Part shown: in pieces, positions 36,182 through 50,100 of the stretch
How the letters are laid out: each line of letters starts with the position of its first letter
Position numbering within the stretch: position 1 is the stretch's first letter
From: Amoebophrya sp. A120
Taxonomy: Eukaryota; Protista; Dinoflagellata
NCBI GenBank assembly: GCA_905178155.1
Contig: CAJINV010000005.1
Coordinates: forward strand, 4,567,556 to 4,631,555
DNA: 64,000 nucleotides
Direction: 5' to 3'
Notes under the pieces: model-generated
Told to the model about the DNA's origin: nothing
The model's input: the letters and a program-made list of their open reading frames with translations, nothing else
Database searches by the model: none
Position numbers and translations under genes: made by a program

Positions 36182-37574
36182 TCAGATAGCTCCCCAGATG
36201 AACATGAAACAAATGCTGATGAGAGTTGGTTCTTGCAAAAATTCTCCCAACACGATCAACATCTCATGCTCATGCACTACCGCGAGAAAAAACAAGCCAA
36301 AGTATCCAGGAAAAAAGCTGTGTAAGTGTAACTTTGTAGGAAGAGCAGCATCACAAATTCGTTTTGCATTACAGGGAAAACCTGTCATGCGCAGCAAGTA
36401 AGTGAAAACACGTATGATGGTAGTCTATGACGCACTTCCAGCATGACAAGTGTGACTGTTTTGCATTTTCTGCATCACAGATTTACACTAACTATACACA
36501 GTTTTTTTCTGGAGATACGAAGCCAGACAAATTCAATACGAACTTGAGGCTCCGCTCGAGGCTGCCAAGAGATTGGTGGACGACGGTGTCTCCCGGGCGT
36601 GCGAAAGAATCTGTCATGCTGCAGCTCTTCCATAATCTTGCAGTAGGACTACCAGCAGCGGTGGCGTCATCTCCGTCCAAAACCACTGCGTCCCTGTTGG
36701 CGGCAAAGAAATCTTCGGTGAGATATCGGACTGCACCGTAGTCCATGGCGGGAGCGTAATCGACGTTTTTATCTGGTGCACGGCAAGGCTGGATCAAGAA
36801 CGCCGTCTTGCTGAAAAAAGCAGGCTCTTGTAGAGCTCCATCACAACCTGTCGCGGCTGTCGTCCGCGCTGCGAGCGCCCGGGGGAGTTCTTCTTTCAAA
36901 AACTTGATGAAGTTCCAAAAGTTGATTTCCTCGTTTTCCGCTACACCGCTACTTTCCGTATCGGTAGCACAACTTTGGTTGCGTAGTTGCGATCTTCCAG
37001 TGGCCCCGCCCGCGTCCGACTCGGTGTTAGGACCACCTTCGCCTCTTTTCTGTAATTCCGCAAAAAGATTCCTGCTCTCGTCTCCTGTCGTACTAGCTCC
37101 CACGGATTGCAGATCGTGGATGTGATTCAGGATGGGCAACACTCGAATGTCACCTTCGATCTTGGGTTCAGGTTCTACGTCTTCTTCACCTCCAACTACG
37201 TAGTCCTCTTTCTGTCCTATCGGCAGAAAGTGTTGAAAAGCGATGTTCTGCGCGTACCGTCGCCATTTCGCGTCCGTGGATTCTGTCCAGGGCGAAATCA
37301 CCACGACGCGGACTTTCTCCTGCGATGATTTCTTGTAGTGCTTTTCCTCGATAGAAGCGATCACTCTGTCACGCCAGGAGGTCAGACTGGTATTCTTGGT
37401 ATGCTGCGACGTGCTGGGCCGTCCCGCCTCGGTGGGGGTGGTAGTAGTTCTGCCGATTTGATGCTGTCGTTCAGGATCTGCATGCGAAAACTGCACGGGC
37501 CCCTCCACCCAGAAGAGCAGGTCGCGACGGGCAGAAGAGGGCCGAGAAAATGAGGGTAGTTTTACTAGCGACAT
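36182..37574 (-). CDS. Two-exon gene of unknown function with hydrophobic C-terminus
   Basis: ORF 36492-37574 joins in frame (SGF|GLFFLAVV) to 36182-36297 after removing 36303-36517 plus 5 nt. Confidence 0.65.
36303..36517. mobile_element. Introner family I
   Basis: TATCCAGGAAAAAAGCTGTGTA...TACACAGTTTTTTTCTGGAGATA; TSD CAAAG/CGAAG. Confidence 0.82.
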
Positions 37575-38115
37575 CTTTTCTTTATCGCGAGCCTACATCA
37601 TCACTTGTCATTCTGCCCACTCTCTAAGTCTACCGAAGCTGCGCAGCTCTCGCTCACGTTCAGTTTTGTGTACTTACTTAACCCAAGGTTGTTCCCAAGA
37701 GCCACTCTTTCAACATCACATCTTCGCTCCAAACCGCCCACACAGAGGTAAGAAGTAGTCACTTCTTCACGACTGCACTCTTTGCATTCATCCTATTGAC
37801 GTAGCGACCTCGGTCTTACTCATACTTGTCCCCACAGAAAAGAAAAATTTCCAGAACTACACGTTGGGGGTGAAGAATCGCGAGGACATTTTGTCCTTCC
37901 GAGAGGAGCAAGAAGAAGCTGCTCACCATGCTTGTCACCAAGAGATGCTCTTCATGATTAGATAGACTTCTAGCAAAATGAACTTCAAATTCAAAGCCTG
38001 GTCGGGTACGACGACAGGGAAGAAACTGATTCACTTCTACCTGCCGTCGTGTGCGTGTCATGTTGTTCGACTCCACACAAAAATCGTCTTCTAGCACTAG
38101 CAGCGTCCAACATCT

Positions 38116-41100
38116 TTATCGTGTATTCCACAGCGTGAGCATACACTGCTTCACCTCCTCATCCCGCAGGATGTTTTCCGAATCCAAAAAGCAGGTCGCG
38201 AATTTCGCCAGGGTCTCCACTACTCTTTCGTCGTTCTGGATAGTAGCAGTTTTCAAAAATATCCTGTGCAAAAGTATCGCGCTCGTAGTTGTAATCACTG
38301 TCATGCATTACAAACAAGGTCCGAGCACGGGGGCTGGGGCCCCCGTGCAGAGACCTTGCATCTTTGGAGGGCATTGGGCGGTCGGAGCAGTTTCCGAGGC
38401 CGGGCGGGCTTGCTCCTCGCGACATTCGAACGCAACCGCAACGGGGACGCGCGTCGCGAAGTAGAGGAATGGCCAGTGCCGCGCCATCCCCAGCGGGCTA
38501 CCACATAGGGCGCCCCGATGGGCGCCCGAGGGGTGGCGCGTTCGCTTCCACTTGCAGGACTCCGGCACCGGCCTGCAAGCTGATGGCAAGCGTTTGGAAG
38601 TCGGCGCCGGGCCATTGGGCGCCGCTGCCTGGCGGCCCTACTTCAACGAACTTCAGGAGAGAAGCGCTTGGCGGGCGGCCTAACTTCTAAAAGCCGGCGG
38701 CACACCTGCGGAAGGAAGCGGCCCCCAGCCTTGCGGAAGTCGCCGCCCGGCTTTTCTTTGGCCAGTGCGGCCGGGCTTTTGGGTGTCTGCGCCGGCCGGA
38801 ATCCCGCAAGCCGCCGACCAACGCCACGAGGCCCGTCCCGGACTTCTGGAAGCGCGGGCGGACTTTTGAAAGCTAGCCGGCGGCAGACGTTGGCAGCCTG
38901 CTCGTCCGTGTCCCCCTGCCAGTCTGTCTCCGCGGGAAACCGGGCACCCGGCAGGCAGCGCCTTCGGCCGCTCGACTCTTTCTCTGCAAAGCTTCGGGCC
39001 GCGGTTTTGGTCCGTGTCCCCGTGCCAGTTCGCGCGAGAAGCCGGGCACCGCCCTCGCCCTACTCTGGGGAGCCTCTGGCCATGGTTTTGCTCCGTGTGC
39101 CCACGCCAGTTGGCGCGAGAAACCCAACCGGGCACCACCTGCGCCCAAGTCTGGGAAACTAAGCGCAGGCCGCGGCCTTGCCCCGTGTCCCCAAGCCAGT
39201 CTGCGCGAGAAAGTGGGCAGGCACCGCCTTCGCCCGGCTGATTCTGCGAAGCTTCGGGCCGCACTTTTGCGCCGTGCACCCCCATGCCAGTTTCCGGGAG
39301 AAACCAGGCACCGCCCTCGCCCAATTCTGGGGGGGGGAGCGGTTTTGCTCCGTGTGCCGGCGCGGCGGAAGCGGCTCTGGCCGCGGCTTTGCTCCGTGTC
39401 CCCGTGCCAGTTTGCGCGAGAAACCGGGCACCGCCCTCGCCCAATTCTGGGGAGGGAGCGGCTTTGCTCCCTCCGTGTGCCAGTGTGGCGGAAACTACCG
39501 CCCTGGCCGCGGCTTTGCTCCGTGTCCCCGTGCCAGTTTGCGCGAGAAACCGGGCACCGCCCTCGCCCAATTCTGGGGAGGGAGCGGCTTTGCTCCGTGT
39601 GCCAGTGCGGCGGAAACTACGGCTCTGGCCGCGGCTTTGCTCCGTGTCCCCGTGCCAGTTTGCGCGAGAAACCGGGCACCGCCCTCGCCCAATTCTGGGG
39701 AGGGAGCGGCTTTGCTCCGTGTGCCAGTGCGGCGGAAACTACGGCTCTGGCCGCGGCTTTGCTCCGTGTCCCCGTGCCAGTTTGCGCGAGAAACCGGGCA
39801 CCGCCCTCGCCCAATTCTGGGGAGGGAGCGGCTTTGCTCCGTGTGCCAGTGCGGCGGAAACTACGGCTCTGGCCGCGGCTTTGCTCCGTGTCCCCGTGCC
39901 AGTTTGCGCGAGAAACCGGGCACCGCCCTCGCCCAATTCTGGGGAGGGAGCGGCTTTGCTCCGTGTGCCAGTGCGGCGGAAACTACGGCTCTGGCCGCGG
40001 CTTTGCTCCGTGTCCCCGTGCCAGTTTGCGCGAGAAACCGGGCACCGCCCTCGCCCAATTCTGGGGAGGGAGCGGCTTTGCTCCGTGTGCCAGTGCGGCG
40101 GAAACTACGGCTCTGGCCGCGGCTTTGCTCCGTGTCCCCGTGCCAGTTTGCGCGAGAAACCGGGCACCGCCCTCGCCCAATTCTGGGGAGGGAGCGGCTT
40201 TGCTCCGTGTGCCAGTGCGGCGGAAACTACGGCTCTGGCCGCGGCTTTGCTCCGTGTCCCCGTGCCAGTTTGCGCGAGAAACCGGGCACCGCCCTCGCCC
40301 AATTCTGGGGAGGGAGCGGCTTTGCTCCGTGTGCCAGTGCGGCGGAAACTACGGCTCTGGCCGCGGCTTTGCTCCGTGTCCCCGTGCCAGTTTGCGCGAG
40401 AAACCGGGCACCGCCCTCGCCCAATTCTGGGGAGGGAGCGGCTTTGCTCCGTGTGCCAGTGCGGCGGAAACTACGGCTCTGGCCGCGGCTTTGCTCCGTG
40501 TCCCCGTGCCAGTTTGCGCGAGAAACCGGGCACCGCCCTCGCCCAATTCTGGGGAGGGAGCGGCTTTGCTCCGTGTGCCAGTGCGGCGGAAACTACGGCT
40601 CTGGCCGCGGCTTTGCTCCGTGTCCCCGTGCCAGTTTGCGCGAGAAACCGGGCACCGCCCTCGCCCAATTCTGGGGAGGGAGCGGCTTTGCTCCGTGTGC
40701 CAGTGCGGCGGAAACTACGGCTCTGGCCGCGGCTTTGCTCCGTGTCCCCGTGCCAGTTTGCGCGAGAAACCGGGCACCGCCCTCGCCCAATTCTGGGGAG
40801 GGAGCGGCTTTGCTCCGTGTGCCAGTGCGGCGGAAACTACGGCTCTGGCCGCGGCTTTGCTCCGTGTCCCCGTGCCAGTTTGCGCGAGAAACCGGGCACC
40901 GCCCTCGCCCAATTCTGGGGAGGGAGCGGCTTTGCTCCGTGTGCCAGTGCGGCGGAAACTACGGCTCTGGCCGCGGCTTTGCTCCGTGTCCCCGTGCCAG
41001 TTTGCGCGAGAAACCGGGCACCGCCCTCGCCCAATTCTGGGGAGGGAGCGGCTTTGCTCCGTGTGCCAGTGCGGCGGAAACTACGGCTCTGGCCGCGGCT

Positions 41101-44100
41101 TTGCTCCGTGTCCCCGTGCCAGTTTGCGCGAGAAACCGGGCACCGCCCTCGCCCAATTCTGGGGAGGGAGCGGCTTTGCTCCGTGTGCCAGTGCGGCGGA
41201 AACTACGGCTCTGGCCGCGGCTTTGCTCCGTGTCCCCGTGCCAGTTTGCGCGAGAAACCGGGCACCGCCCTCGCCCAATTCTGGGGGGGGAGCGGCTTTG
41301 CTCCGTGTGCCAGTGCGGCGGAAACTACGGCTCTGGCCGCGGCTTTGCTCCGTGTCCCCGTGCCAGTTTGCGCGAGAAACCGGGCACCGCCCTCGCCCAA
41401 TTCGGGGGGGGAGCGGCTTTGCTCCGTGTGCCAGTCAGTGCGGCGGAAACTACGGCTCTGGCCGCGGTTTTGCTCCGTGTCCCCGTGCCAGTTTGCGCGG
41501 CAAACCGGGCACCGCCCTCGCCCAATTCTGGGGAGGGGGCGGCTTTGCTCCGTGTGCCAATGCGGCGGAAACTACGGCTCTGGCCGCGGCTTTGCTCCGT
41601 GTCCCCGTGCCAGTTTGCGCGAGAAACCGGGCGCCACCCCCGCCCAATTCTGGGGGGGGAGCGGTTTTGCTCCGTGTGCCAGTGCGGCGGAAGCGGGGGC
41701 TCTGGCCGCGGCTCTGCTCCGTGAGTGTCCCCGTGCCAGTTTGCGCGAGAAACCGGGCACCGCCTTCGCCCAGTTGATTCCGCGACGCTTCGGGCCACGA
41801 TTTTGGTCCGTGTCTCCGTGCCCGTTTCCGCGCGAGACCCCACCGACCGGGCAACGCCTTGCGCCGCCCGGTTGACTCGGGGAAGCTTCTGGCCGCGGCT
41901 TTGCTCCGTGTCCACGTGCCAGCTTGCGCGAGAAACCGGGCACCGCCTTCGCCCTTTTGTAAGTATGTATTCCGGGAAGCTTCTGGCCCTTGTTTTGCTC
42001 CGTGGCCCCATGCCAGTCTGCGCGAGAAACAAATCCGGCACGCGGCGGCCCGTGGCGCCGCCCGCCGAGCCTTGCCTTGGAAGCTAGCAGATGGCGCGCA
42101 GACCTTTGCAAGCCTGCGCCAGCCGGAATCCTGCAACCAAGCCGCCGACCTTTTGGAAGCCGGTGGCGGAGTTTTGGGGGCCATTGCTGGGCGTTTCATT
42201 CTTTGGAAGCCGCTGGCGGACTTTTGGTCGAAAGTCGCTGGCGGGCCTTTTGCGCTTAACTCTGCACCAGCCGGACTCCTGCAAGCTTCGCGCCAGCGTT
42301 TGGAAGCCGGTGGCGGGGTTCTGGAAGTCGGCGGCGGGCGTTTGGAAGTCTGTGCCGGCCGATACCTATCCGACCGCCCCCGGCCCGCAAGCTTCGCGCC
42401 AGCTTTTGGAAGCCGCTGGCGGACTTTTGGAAGCCGGTGGCGGGCCTCTGAAAGTCGCGGGCCGGTGGGCTCGCTCACTCTTGGAAGCCGGCGGCGGGCT
42501 TTTATTTGGAAGTCTGCAGCGGCCGGAATCTAGCAGGCTTGGCGCCAGCCTTTGGAAGTCGCTGGCGGACTTTTGGAAGCCGGTGGCACACCTGTGGAAG
42601 CTGCCCCCGCCCTTGCAGAAGTCGCCGCGCCTCCCGCTTTTGGTCATTGCGCCCGGGCCTTTCGCGTGCAGTCTGCTCAGCCTGCACCGCCCGGAACCCC
42701 GCAAGCTGATGGCCAGCCTGTGGAGAGCGATGCCGGGCAGTTCCAAGGCGCCCCCAGCAAGCCTGCCAGCCAGCCGCGGCGGCCAGGCTGCTGCCTGGCT
42801 TTTGGGCAGTCAGTGAAGGGCCGCGGACTTTTGAGAGCCGGCGCCGGCAACAATCCAGCGGGCCCGATGGCTTTTGAAAGTCGGCGCCAGCAGGACTCCG
42901 GCGGGGTGTGTGGCTTTGTGTTGCCGCGCTGCGAAGCTTCGGCGCTCTGCTTCTGATCGTCCAGAGCAGACGCATTGGCAAACTATGTCGCATCTGCTGG
43001 ACGAGTCGGGTNNNNNNNNNNNNNNNNNNNNNNNNNNNNNNNNNNNNNNNNNNNNNNNNNNNNNNNNNNNNNNNNNNNNNNNNNNNNNNNNNNNNNNNNN
43101 NNNNNNNNNNNNNNNNNNNNNNNNNNNNNNNNNNNNNNNNNNNNNNNNNNNNNNNNNNNNNNNNNNNNNNNNNNNNNNNNNNNNNNNNNNNNNNNNNNNN
43201 NNNNNNNNNNNNNNNNNNNNNNNNNNNNNNGAACCCCGCAAGCTGATGGCCAGCCTGTGGAGAGCGATGCCGGGCAGTTCCAAGGCGCCCCCAGCAAGCC
43301 TGCCAGCCAGCCGCGGCGGCCAGGCTGCTGCCTGGCTTTTGGGCAGTCAGTGAAGGGCCGCGGACTTTTGAGAGCCGGCGCCGGCAACAATCCAGCGGGC
43401 CCGATGGCTTTTGAAAGTCGGCGCCAGCAGGACTCCGGCGGGGTGTGTGGCTTTGTGTTGCCGCGTTGCGAAGCTTCGGCGCTCTGCTTCTGATCGTCCA
43501 GAGCAGACGCATTGGCAAACTATGTCGCATCTGCTGGACGGGTCGGGTTGAGTCGGGTAGAGTCGGGTAAGGTCGCTTTCCCTTTCCCGAGCTATGTGCC
43601 CGACTTTACCCGACTCAAAACCTACCCTGGACCCGACTTTTACCCGACTCTTCACCCGACTCCACAGCTCGTGTTTGTTTCTTTACCCGAGCTGTATCGG
43701 TCGGCTGAGGAGTCGGGTTGAGTCGGTTCCTGGGTCGGTTCCTGGGTAGGCTGTACCCCCCCCCTCTTAAATCCACTGTCCCCTCGTGTTACCTACCCCA
43801 GAACCTACCCTGGAACCTACCCTGGATCCGGGGTAGAAAACTCAGATTTGGGTAGTTGCTGCAGTTTCAATAGTAATCTCCTTCTCAACCTATATCCGCA
43901 TTACAAATTCCATTTTTCGTACTGAGGGAATTTGTCATGCGATTTCTACTAGTACGATGCTTTTGCATTTCATAAAAACAGTCGTCGTTTTTTCCTGCTG
44001 GTCCTGCAGCTTCCGATATCAAGTGTAAAAATGTCTGGGTCTGGAAGGATACAACTTGTGATGCTACTTTTGGAATTTACATAAAAACTGTGTTGCATGA

Positions 44101-47100
44101 ACAGCAAAAGTGGCGTAATCTATGCTACGTGGACAGCGCATTTCTCATGCGGTGTGAGCATCAGAAAGCCCTCGCGAACTGTCTGATGCTAGGGCATGCA
44201 TCACAGACCTCATGGGTCATGCAAATTTCGCATGACAAACTCCTGCATTCTTCCAGACCCAGACACTTTTACACTCCATATCCGAATAACTTCGACGAAG
44301 AAGTCTCGGTTGATTCTTTCGATACTGAGTTTATTGTTCAGCTTCTTGTTGGTGTGGAAGTCGTGGTCATCGTCCGGTTGCAATGCCGCAGGTGGAGCAG
44401 GACGGCCGAAGGGAGAACGAGGATCGGAGGATGAAAAAACACCGCCCTCTTCCTGCAGAAAAAGCAAAACATCGAGCACGTGCTGCAAACCAGTGTCGAA
44501 ATGTCGGATTAGAGATAGAGACCGAGTCATGTTGATCAGATGTTCCTCTGCATGACCACAGCGGCTTGCTGGATCCGGACAGTTCTCAGCCTGTTCATCT
44601 GCACGACAACCCGAGTCGGAATCAGCCTTCCTGTAGTCGAAGATTCGCAGCTTGTTTGTCATGCTGCAGTTGTTCTCACCACCTGCAACACCCCTCCTCG
44701 GTTGCTGAGCTGGAAGCAGGCTCTTTCTTCGACTTGCCGTTGCCCCTGAAGATGAGGATGACGTCGCTGTAGTTTTTTCCACCGCTTCTTGTAACACGGC
44801 CACTCCCTTCTCGGTGATCAGCCGCTGGAGTTCCGAAAGCCAGAGGGCGCTCCTGCGGGGACTGCAGACATCGTGATGATCTCCGTACTTTGCTGCTTCA
44901 CGACGACGGTCCCGATTCTTACAGCTTTTTGAAACGACGTGCGAACCTGTGCCTCTTGGTGAGGAGATTAGGTTCGTACCATGTTGCAGATGCCGGAAAA
45001 GACTCTTTGCTTTCACCAGAATTTCGAGCAACACGCTCCACGAAGTGGCACTGATGCTCGACAAAGTAGAACCAGCAGCACTAAAACTTCCGGCTGCGCG
45101 GGCGACCATATCCAGATGCAGAAGCCCAACAACCCGGCTTAGAAATTCTTGCACTTGATTGGCAACGCAGAATAACTCGCCGGTGCTGGTAGTTGGATCA
45201 TGGTTTGCGTCTCCTAGATGTGGTGCTGGTCCTCCTTCTCTGACCGCTGCTGTTTGAATATCATCAGCACGTGTGTGATGGTGGTCTCCTCCTCTCTGAC
45301 GTGATCTGATATCCTCGTGTTTGTTTGTCTGAAGCTGATGACTCAAGACGACCTTCGAATGGGTCGGGTAGCTGTGGCTAGTACTACTCAACCCCAAATT
45401 TTGACCGCCAAGAGATGAAGCTGCAGCAACCTTCCGCCTCTTACTGCCCCTGCTCGTCCCGCCTGGTGATAGAAGTCCTCTCGGCCTTTCCTCTTCTAAC
45501 CGCATATTAATCTCGAATTCGTGCAACTGAATTTCGATCAACCCGACCACCGTTTCGTAGCAAACAGATGAAAACACACTAAATTTCTCCAGTCTCGGGA
45601 TTAGCATATGCACTGCAAAAGTATCGCACGACTCGTATAAAGGCATTACAAACTTCCTCAGCATGAGAGATAAAGTTTGTAATGCGGATTTACCTTAAAA
45701 TAAAGATTTGCAATGCAGGACTGCAATACGACTACGACTACGATACTTTTGCACAGGATATAGCAGCTCCAATCCCAACATCCGGACCGCAGTTTTCTTT
45801 TGCTTCAAAAACGCACGGCAGATGTGCGCGATCTGCATCTGGCTCTGGGGTAGAATTTGAATTTCATCGCGATCATTCCGAGTTCTTCCTCTCACTCCGT
45901 CTGTTCCGCTTGTTCTGTCAGGGAGGATAGGGTGGTCCGCGTGAGGATGCTGCTCATAATCATCCCCATCCTCATGGCCCTCGTCGTGTCTCCTCAGCAG
46001 GCGCAGCTGTTCTAGTCCCTCTTGGTAGTAGTCGTCGAGAAGTTTTTCGAAAAATTCCCGTAGCGGAAACTTCATTTCTGTGAGGAGAAAATCATAGAAG
46101 TCGACTTCGAGAATATTAGAGCCAGACAGGGCCGCCGCCGCAGCCTCGCCGTTTTCGTTCATTCCGGTCGTCGTGTAGAAGTTGTTCTTGCCAGTTCTTC
46201 CCATTTTTACCTGGAACTTAAAGCCCAGCATCCCCAGGATGAGCTCCAGCTGAAACTGGGAAATCTTAGTCGCCCCTGTAGAAGGTGTGCTGTTTTTCGC
46301 TTGGTGTAGAAGTGCGGGATGTTCTTGAACATGATCATGATGATCTTGATGCTCCTGGTGTTGATCCACTTCTCCTTGTTGGGCAATATGTGGATTCTGG
46401 TCCCGTATTGCGAGAATGTTCGAACAAGCTGGGTCCCGCCCAGAAAGGACAGCTGCCTTGGTATTTGTATTTCCCGTACCAGCAGCGATACAGCATGCTC
46501 TTGCTCCCCCTCCTCCTGCTTCAAATTCCTCCTTACCGAAAAGAACTCGCAGGACCTCTTTCAGCCTTTCCAAGTCAGCTATACCGACTACCTTGGAAGC
46601 CGAACTCGAAGATGAAGACCTTTCTTCACTTCCGCAACAAAACTCCCTGATGTAATACTCCAAACAGGTCAACACGTGCTCCGGTCGTGCAGTTGCCGCT
46701 TTGGAGCGCGACAGCGCGGCTTTTGTGGTCGTCCCTCTTTCATTGTCGCCGCGTGAAGATCCGCACTGTGCAGGAGCTCCCCGTTGAAATTTTTGCTGTT
46801 GGTCTTTATTTCTTTGGTTTGAAGACTGAGAATCCTGTTGGGTGGTGCGGGAGGAAGAACTGGAACTCTCGCTGAGTTCTTCCTGCTCATCTTCTGATGC
46901 GAGGTGCTGCACGGGGTTTATCGAGTTCATGTTGCCATTGCCATTGGGAAGATGTAAACTTTTGCTGTTCTGGTTCTGTCGTCCCCGCCGGGCAGGGAGA
47001 TTGGAGGAGCAAATACGCGGCGCACGACCAGCACCACCGGAAGCACCACAACTCGAACTCTGCCTCATTTGACCACTGGTAGCAGCATGCTCGATCTCCT

Positions 47101-50100
47101 TTTCCAAGGCGAGGAGAAAGAGAGGAGCTGTGTTTATTTTCGTCACAGAGTTCTTGCTTTTCATCGCTGCGCTACTTCTGTCCTTCTCCTTCGAGTCGAT
47201 TTCCATGGCAATTATGTCACCGTCTGGCATCATCTCTTCCTCGCGTTCTGCTTCTTGACGGAGAGAAGTGCTCTGAAAGTCATCATGAAGAAACAACTCC
47301 CGCAAGGTTTCTCGCACGGACGGTAGACTGCTTGTCTTTGTACTTCTGTGCGCCTTACTACTTGCTGACTTCGTTTGATTTTCTTGAAAATCCTCCTTCG
47401 CCAGCGCTTTCACCACTTTTGCCAAGACCTCCCAGTTCCATAGAAAGTTCAGCGAGAAGGACGCAGCTGGTTCATCTGTGACGAGACCTGGTACTACTTT
47501 CGGGTGGTCATGGCCGTGCCGCTGGTGCCCATCGTTTCGTTGCTTTTCATCGCCACGGTGAAGTTGTTCAGGTGCTTCCTTTCCGCCCCGGCCCCGGCCA
47601 GCAGAAATGTAAGAATCCTTGTTCTGCGCAGATCGGCTAGCGTTCGCTGCTTCACGTCGCTGCTCACGTGTCGTCAGTGTGGGCCTCACCGAGGTGTAAA
47701 ACACCAGGCACAGAATTTTGAAAACAAAACCGTCCACTAGCTCCCCCTCTTCCTCCGTGTCTGCGCCTGTTTCTGGAACTACGAGTTCTCCGTGAAAATC
47801 ATAATTTTCGCCATTATTATTCGAGGATCTCCTCCTTCCCAGAATCTCATCCTCCAAAGCCCGGCAGATCGAAATTGTTTTCTCCTGCGGCAGAGACTGC
47901 AAGTAGAACTCCATCTTATCCTTACTCACCGCAGTGATGACACCCGTAGAAGTACTAGCGCTAGATGTCGCACAGGAGCTGCCACGAAGTAGATTGTGAC
48001 CACTGTGCTCGCTCGCCGCCAGACTCTTGCACAGCATCTTCGCCGCCGTTCTGGGTTCTTCCAAAAGCGCCTCGAACAGCCTTTGAATCCCAACGTCGGT
48101 GGAGGTGAAAAGCTTGGATTTTTTGGTCATTTGCGAGCACGGAGGTGGTGCTGGTCCTCCCGGAGGTCCTTGAGCGGCGGCTGATGCAGGCCCTGCTCCA
48201 GGTTCCTCTCGTCCTGCTCGTCCGAACGCAGTTTGATTGTAGCCCCTGAAACTACTACCTGCTGCACCAACTTTTTGTGCAGCTGCCCCTGTGTTCATCT
48301 TACAAGTGGAAGTCGAGGACGTAGTTGTCGTGCCGATAAAATTATCAAGTGTAAAAATGTCTGGGTCTGGAAGAGAGCAACTTGTGATGCTGAATTTGGA
48401 TTCCAAAACAATCTGTATTGCATGAGCAGCCAAGGGAATGCAATTTTTGCTACGCGGAGAGGGCATTTGTAATGCGGAATAGGCATCGCGAAGCCCTCAA
48501 AAAAGCTGTGATGCTAGGGCATGCATCACAGGCATCATGGCCAATGCAAAACATGCATGACAAGTCTCAGAATCTTCCAGACCCAGACATTTTTACACTT
48601 GATAAAAATCCAGGTCCAGTTTTTCCAAAACTTTCAAATACTTCGCAAAGGTCGAGCTCAAGTTGGAACTGCTACTGCTGCTGTATGAACTGCAAAAGTA
48701 TCGTACTACACTAGTAGTATATTGCAATACAAATATAGCTCAGCATGACAAATCGAATCTGTCATGCTGTTTTGCCTTGGGATGGAGATTTGTAATGCAT
48801 GACTGCGATTACTTTTGTAATGCATGACTACGAGTACGATACTTTTGCACGGGATATGCTGTTGCTGTTTCCAATTCCACCCGCAGAAGTTCCCGTGCTT
48901 TTGTTGTTGATGTGGGAGTAAGAAGTCGCAGGCGCGGCTCTTCTCACGGGAACCAAGGCGAATGCATTGGAGCTTGCATGATGTTCTAGTTGCTGTTCGT
49001 GCGCGACACCACGAGACGCTGTCGAATTATGATTATCTTCACCTCCGTGCCGAGAAGGAACAAATAAACCGTCACCCGAGTTATTCGCTTTCTGATGAGA
49101 ACCCGCCCCCCGCGCCGCCGTACTACTGTTGGCTAGGTTGACAAAATTGCTCGAAGAACCTAATGCACCGGTAGTGCAACCTTGAATGTTCAAGACCCGT
49201 CGTCGCTTTGCAGCTGGATCACCGTGATTTTGCAGCTCTTGTTGACCGTGAAGATTATCCAGACGAATTTGTTTTTGGTGCTCTTGTTCCTGCCGGCGAC
49301 GATTTTCATTTCTCGCGGGTAGTTCTTCCTCGCGACGCAAATTTTCACCCTCGGTCGTACCATTTCCTCTTTGATTTTTGTGCGCTAGACCGCCGCGAGA
49401 TGCAGCTGTAGTCGGTCGGTCGTGCTGCTCGACGTTGTTTGTGTTTTTCTTGACGAACTTTCCGCTCTCCTGGTGTTCGCCGATCCTGCTCAAGTGGCCC
49501 ACCTCGCGCCTCCTCGCCTTATTCATCGTGGACGAGCAACTCATCTGCTGTGGCGCCGAACGTCTTTCTCGTTGTTCAGATAATTGAGGAGCCATTTCAT
49601 CTTGCCTCTTCTTGGAAGAACCTGCTTGATCATCCAGAACTACATCCAAATCGACGACATCGTTTTCGTTTTGCCCATTTGTAGTAGTTCCCCTCCGGTT
49701 ATTTTGGTGGACTACTTTCCCCTCCGCAACCTGTGGAAAGAACTCTCTCCTGCCACAGTTCTTATTTCGATGATCGGCTTGGTCCTCGTGCTGACCAGCA
49801 GCTGCTACGTCCTGAGCACGAAGAAGATGCACTCTGGACGAGGACACAGAAAAAGCTCCTGCTGCGCCAGGAGCAGCAGCAGCACCAGCAGCAGGAAGCT
49901 CTCCTCCGACATATGAGCGATTTATTTTCAGAGAATTTTTGCCGATAAGATCATCACGATTCGCGCGTTCTTGTCGTTGAATTTCTTCTTGTTCAACGCC
50001 CCGTCGCTCCCCGCTAGCGACTGGTGAAACGCGAATTTGTTCACCAAACAATCGCTCCGCATCTTCGTCTTTGTCCTGTTCATAAATCGGCGACAGCAAC

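Larger units (their letters stand above)
38315..43876 (-). mobile_element. Non-autonomous Helitron-like element carrying a satellite
   Basis: Minus strand 5'-TTACTA...hairpin (GCACGGGGGC-loop-GCCCCCGTGC)...CTTG-3'; A|T insertion, no TSD. Confidence 0.75.
38260..43974. mobile_element. Introner family B split by a 5.6-kb nested insertion
   Basis: Left part TATCCTGTGCAAAAGTATCG (38260-38314), right part ...CGATGCTTTTGCATTTCATA (43877-43974); TSD AAAAA/AAAAC; join KTTTV|LKTATIQ in frame. Confidence 0.85.

Noticed and set aside
34110-41780. Possible CRISPR arrays in the 311-bp and 122-bp repeats
   Set aside because: Units are contiguous with no unique spacers, no cas genes, and the context is eukaryotic.
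39178-41875. Three 850-aa ORFs and many identical 65-aa ORFs
   Set aside because: Artefacts of a stop-free 122-bp GC-rich tandem repeat read in all frames.
42694-43548. Direct repeat resembling LTRs around the N run
   Set aside because: Near-identical overlap on both sides of a scaffold gap, typical of unmerged contig ends.
5122-43979. Apparent 4-bp repeat plus 1-nt spacer asymmetry
   Set aside because: Most copies are perfect 5-mers and mismatches occur at all five positions; a bias to one end is possible but needs genome-wide counts.
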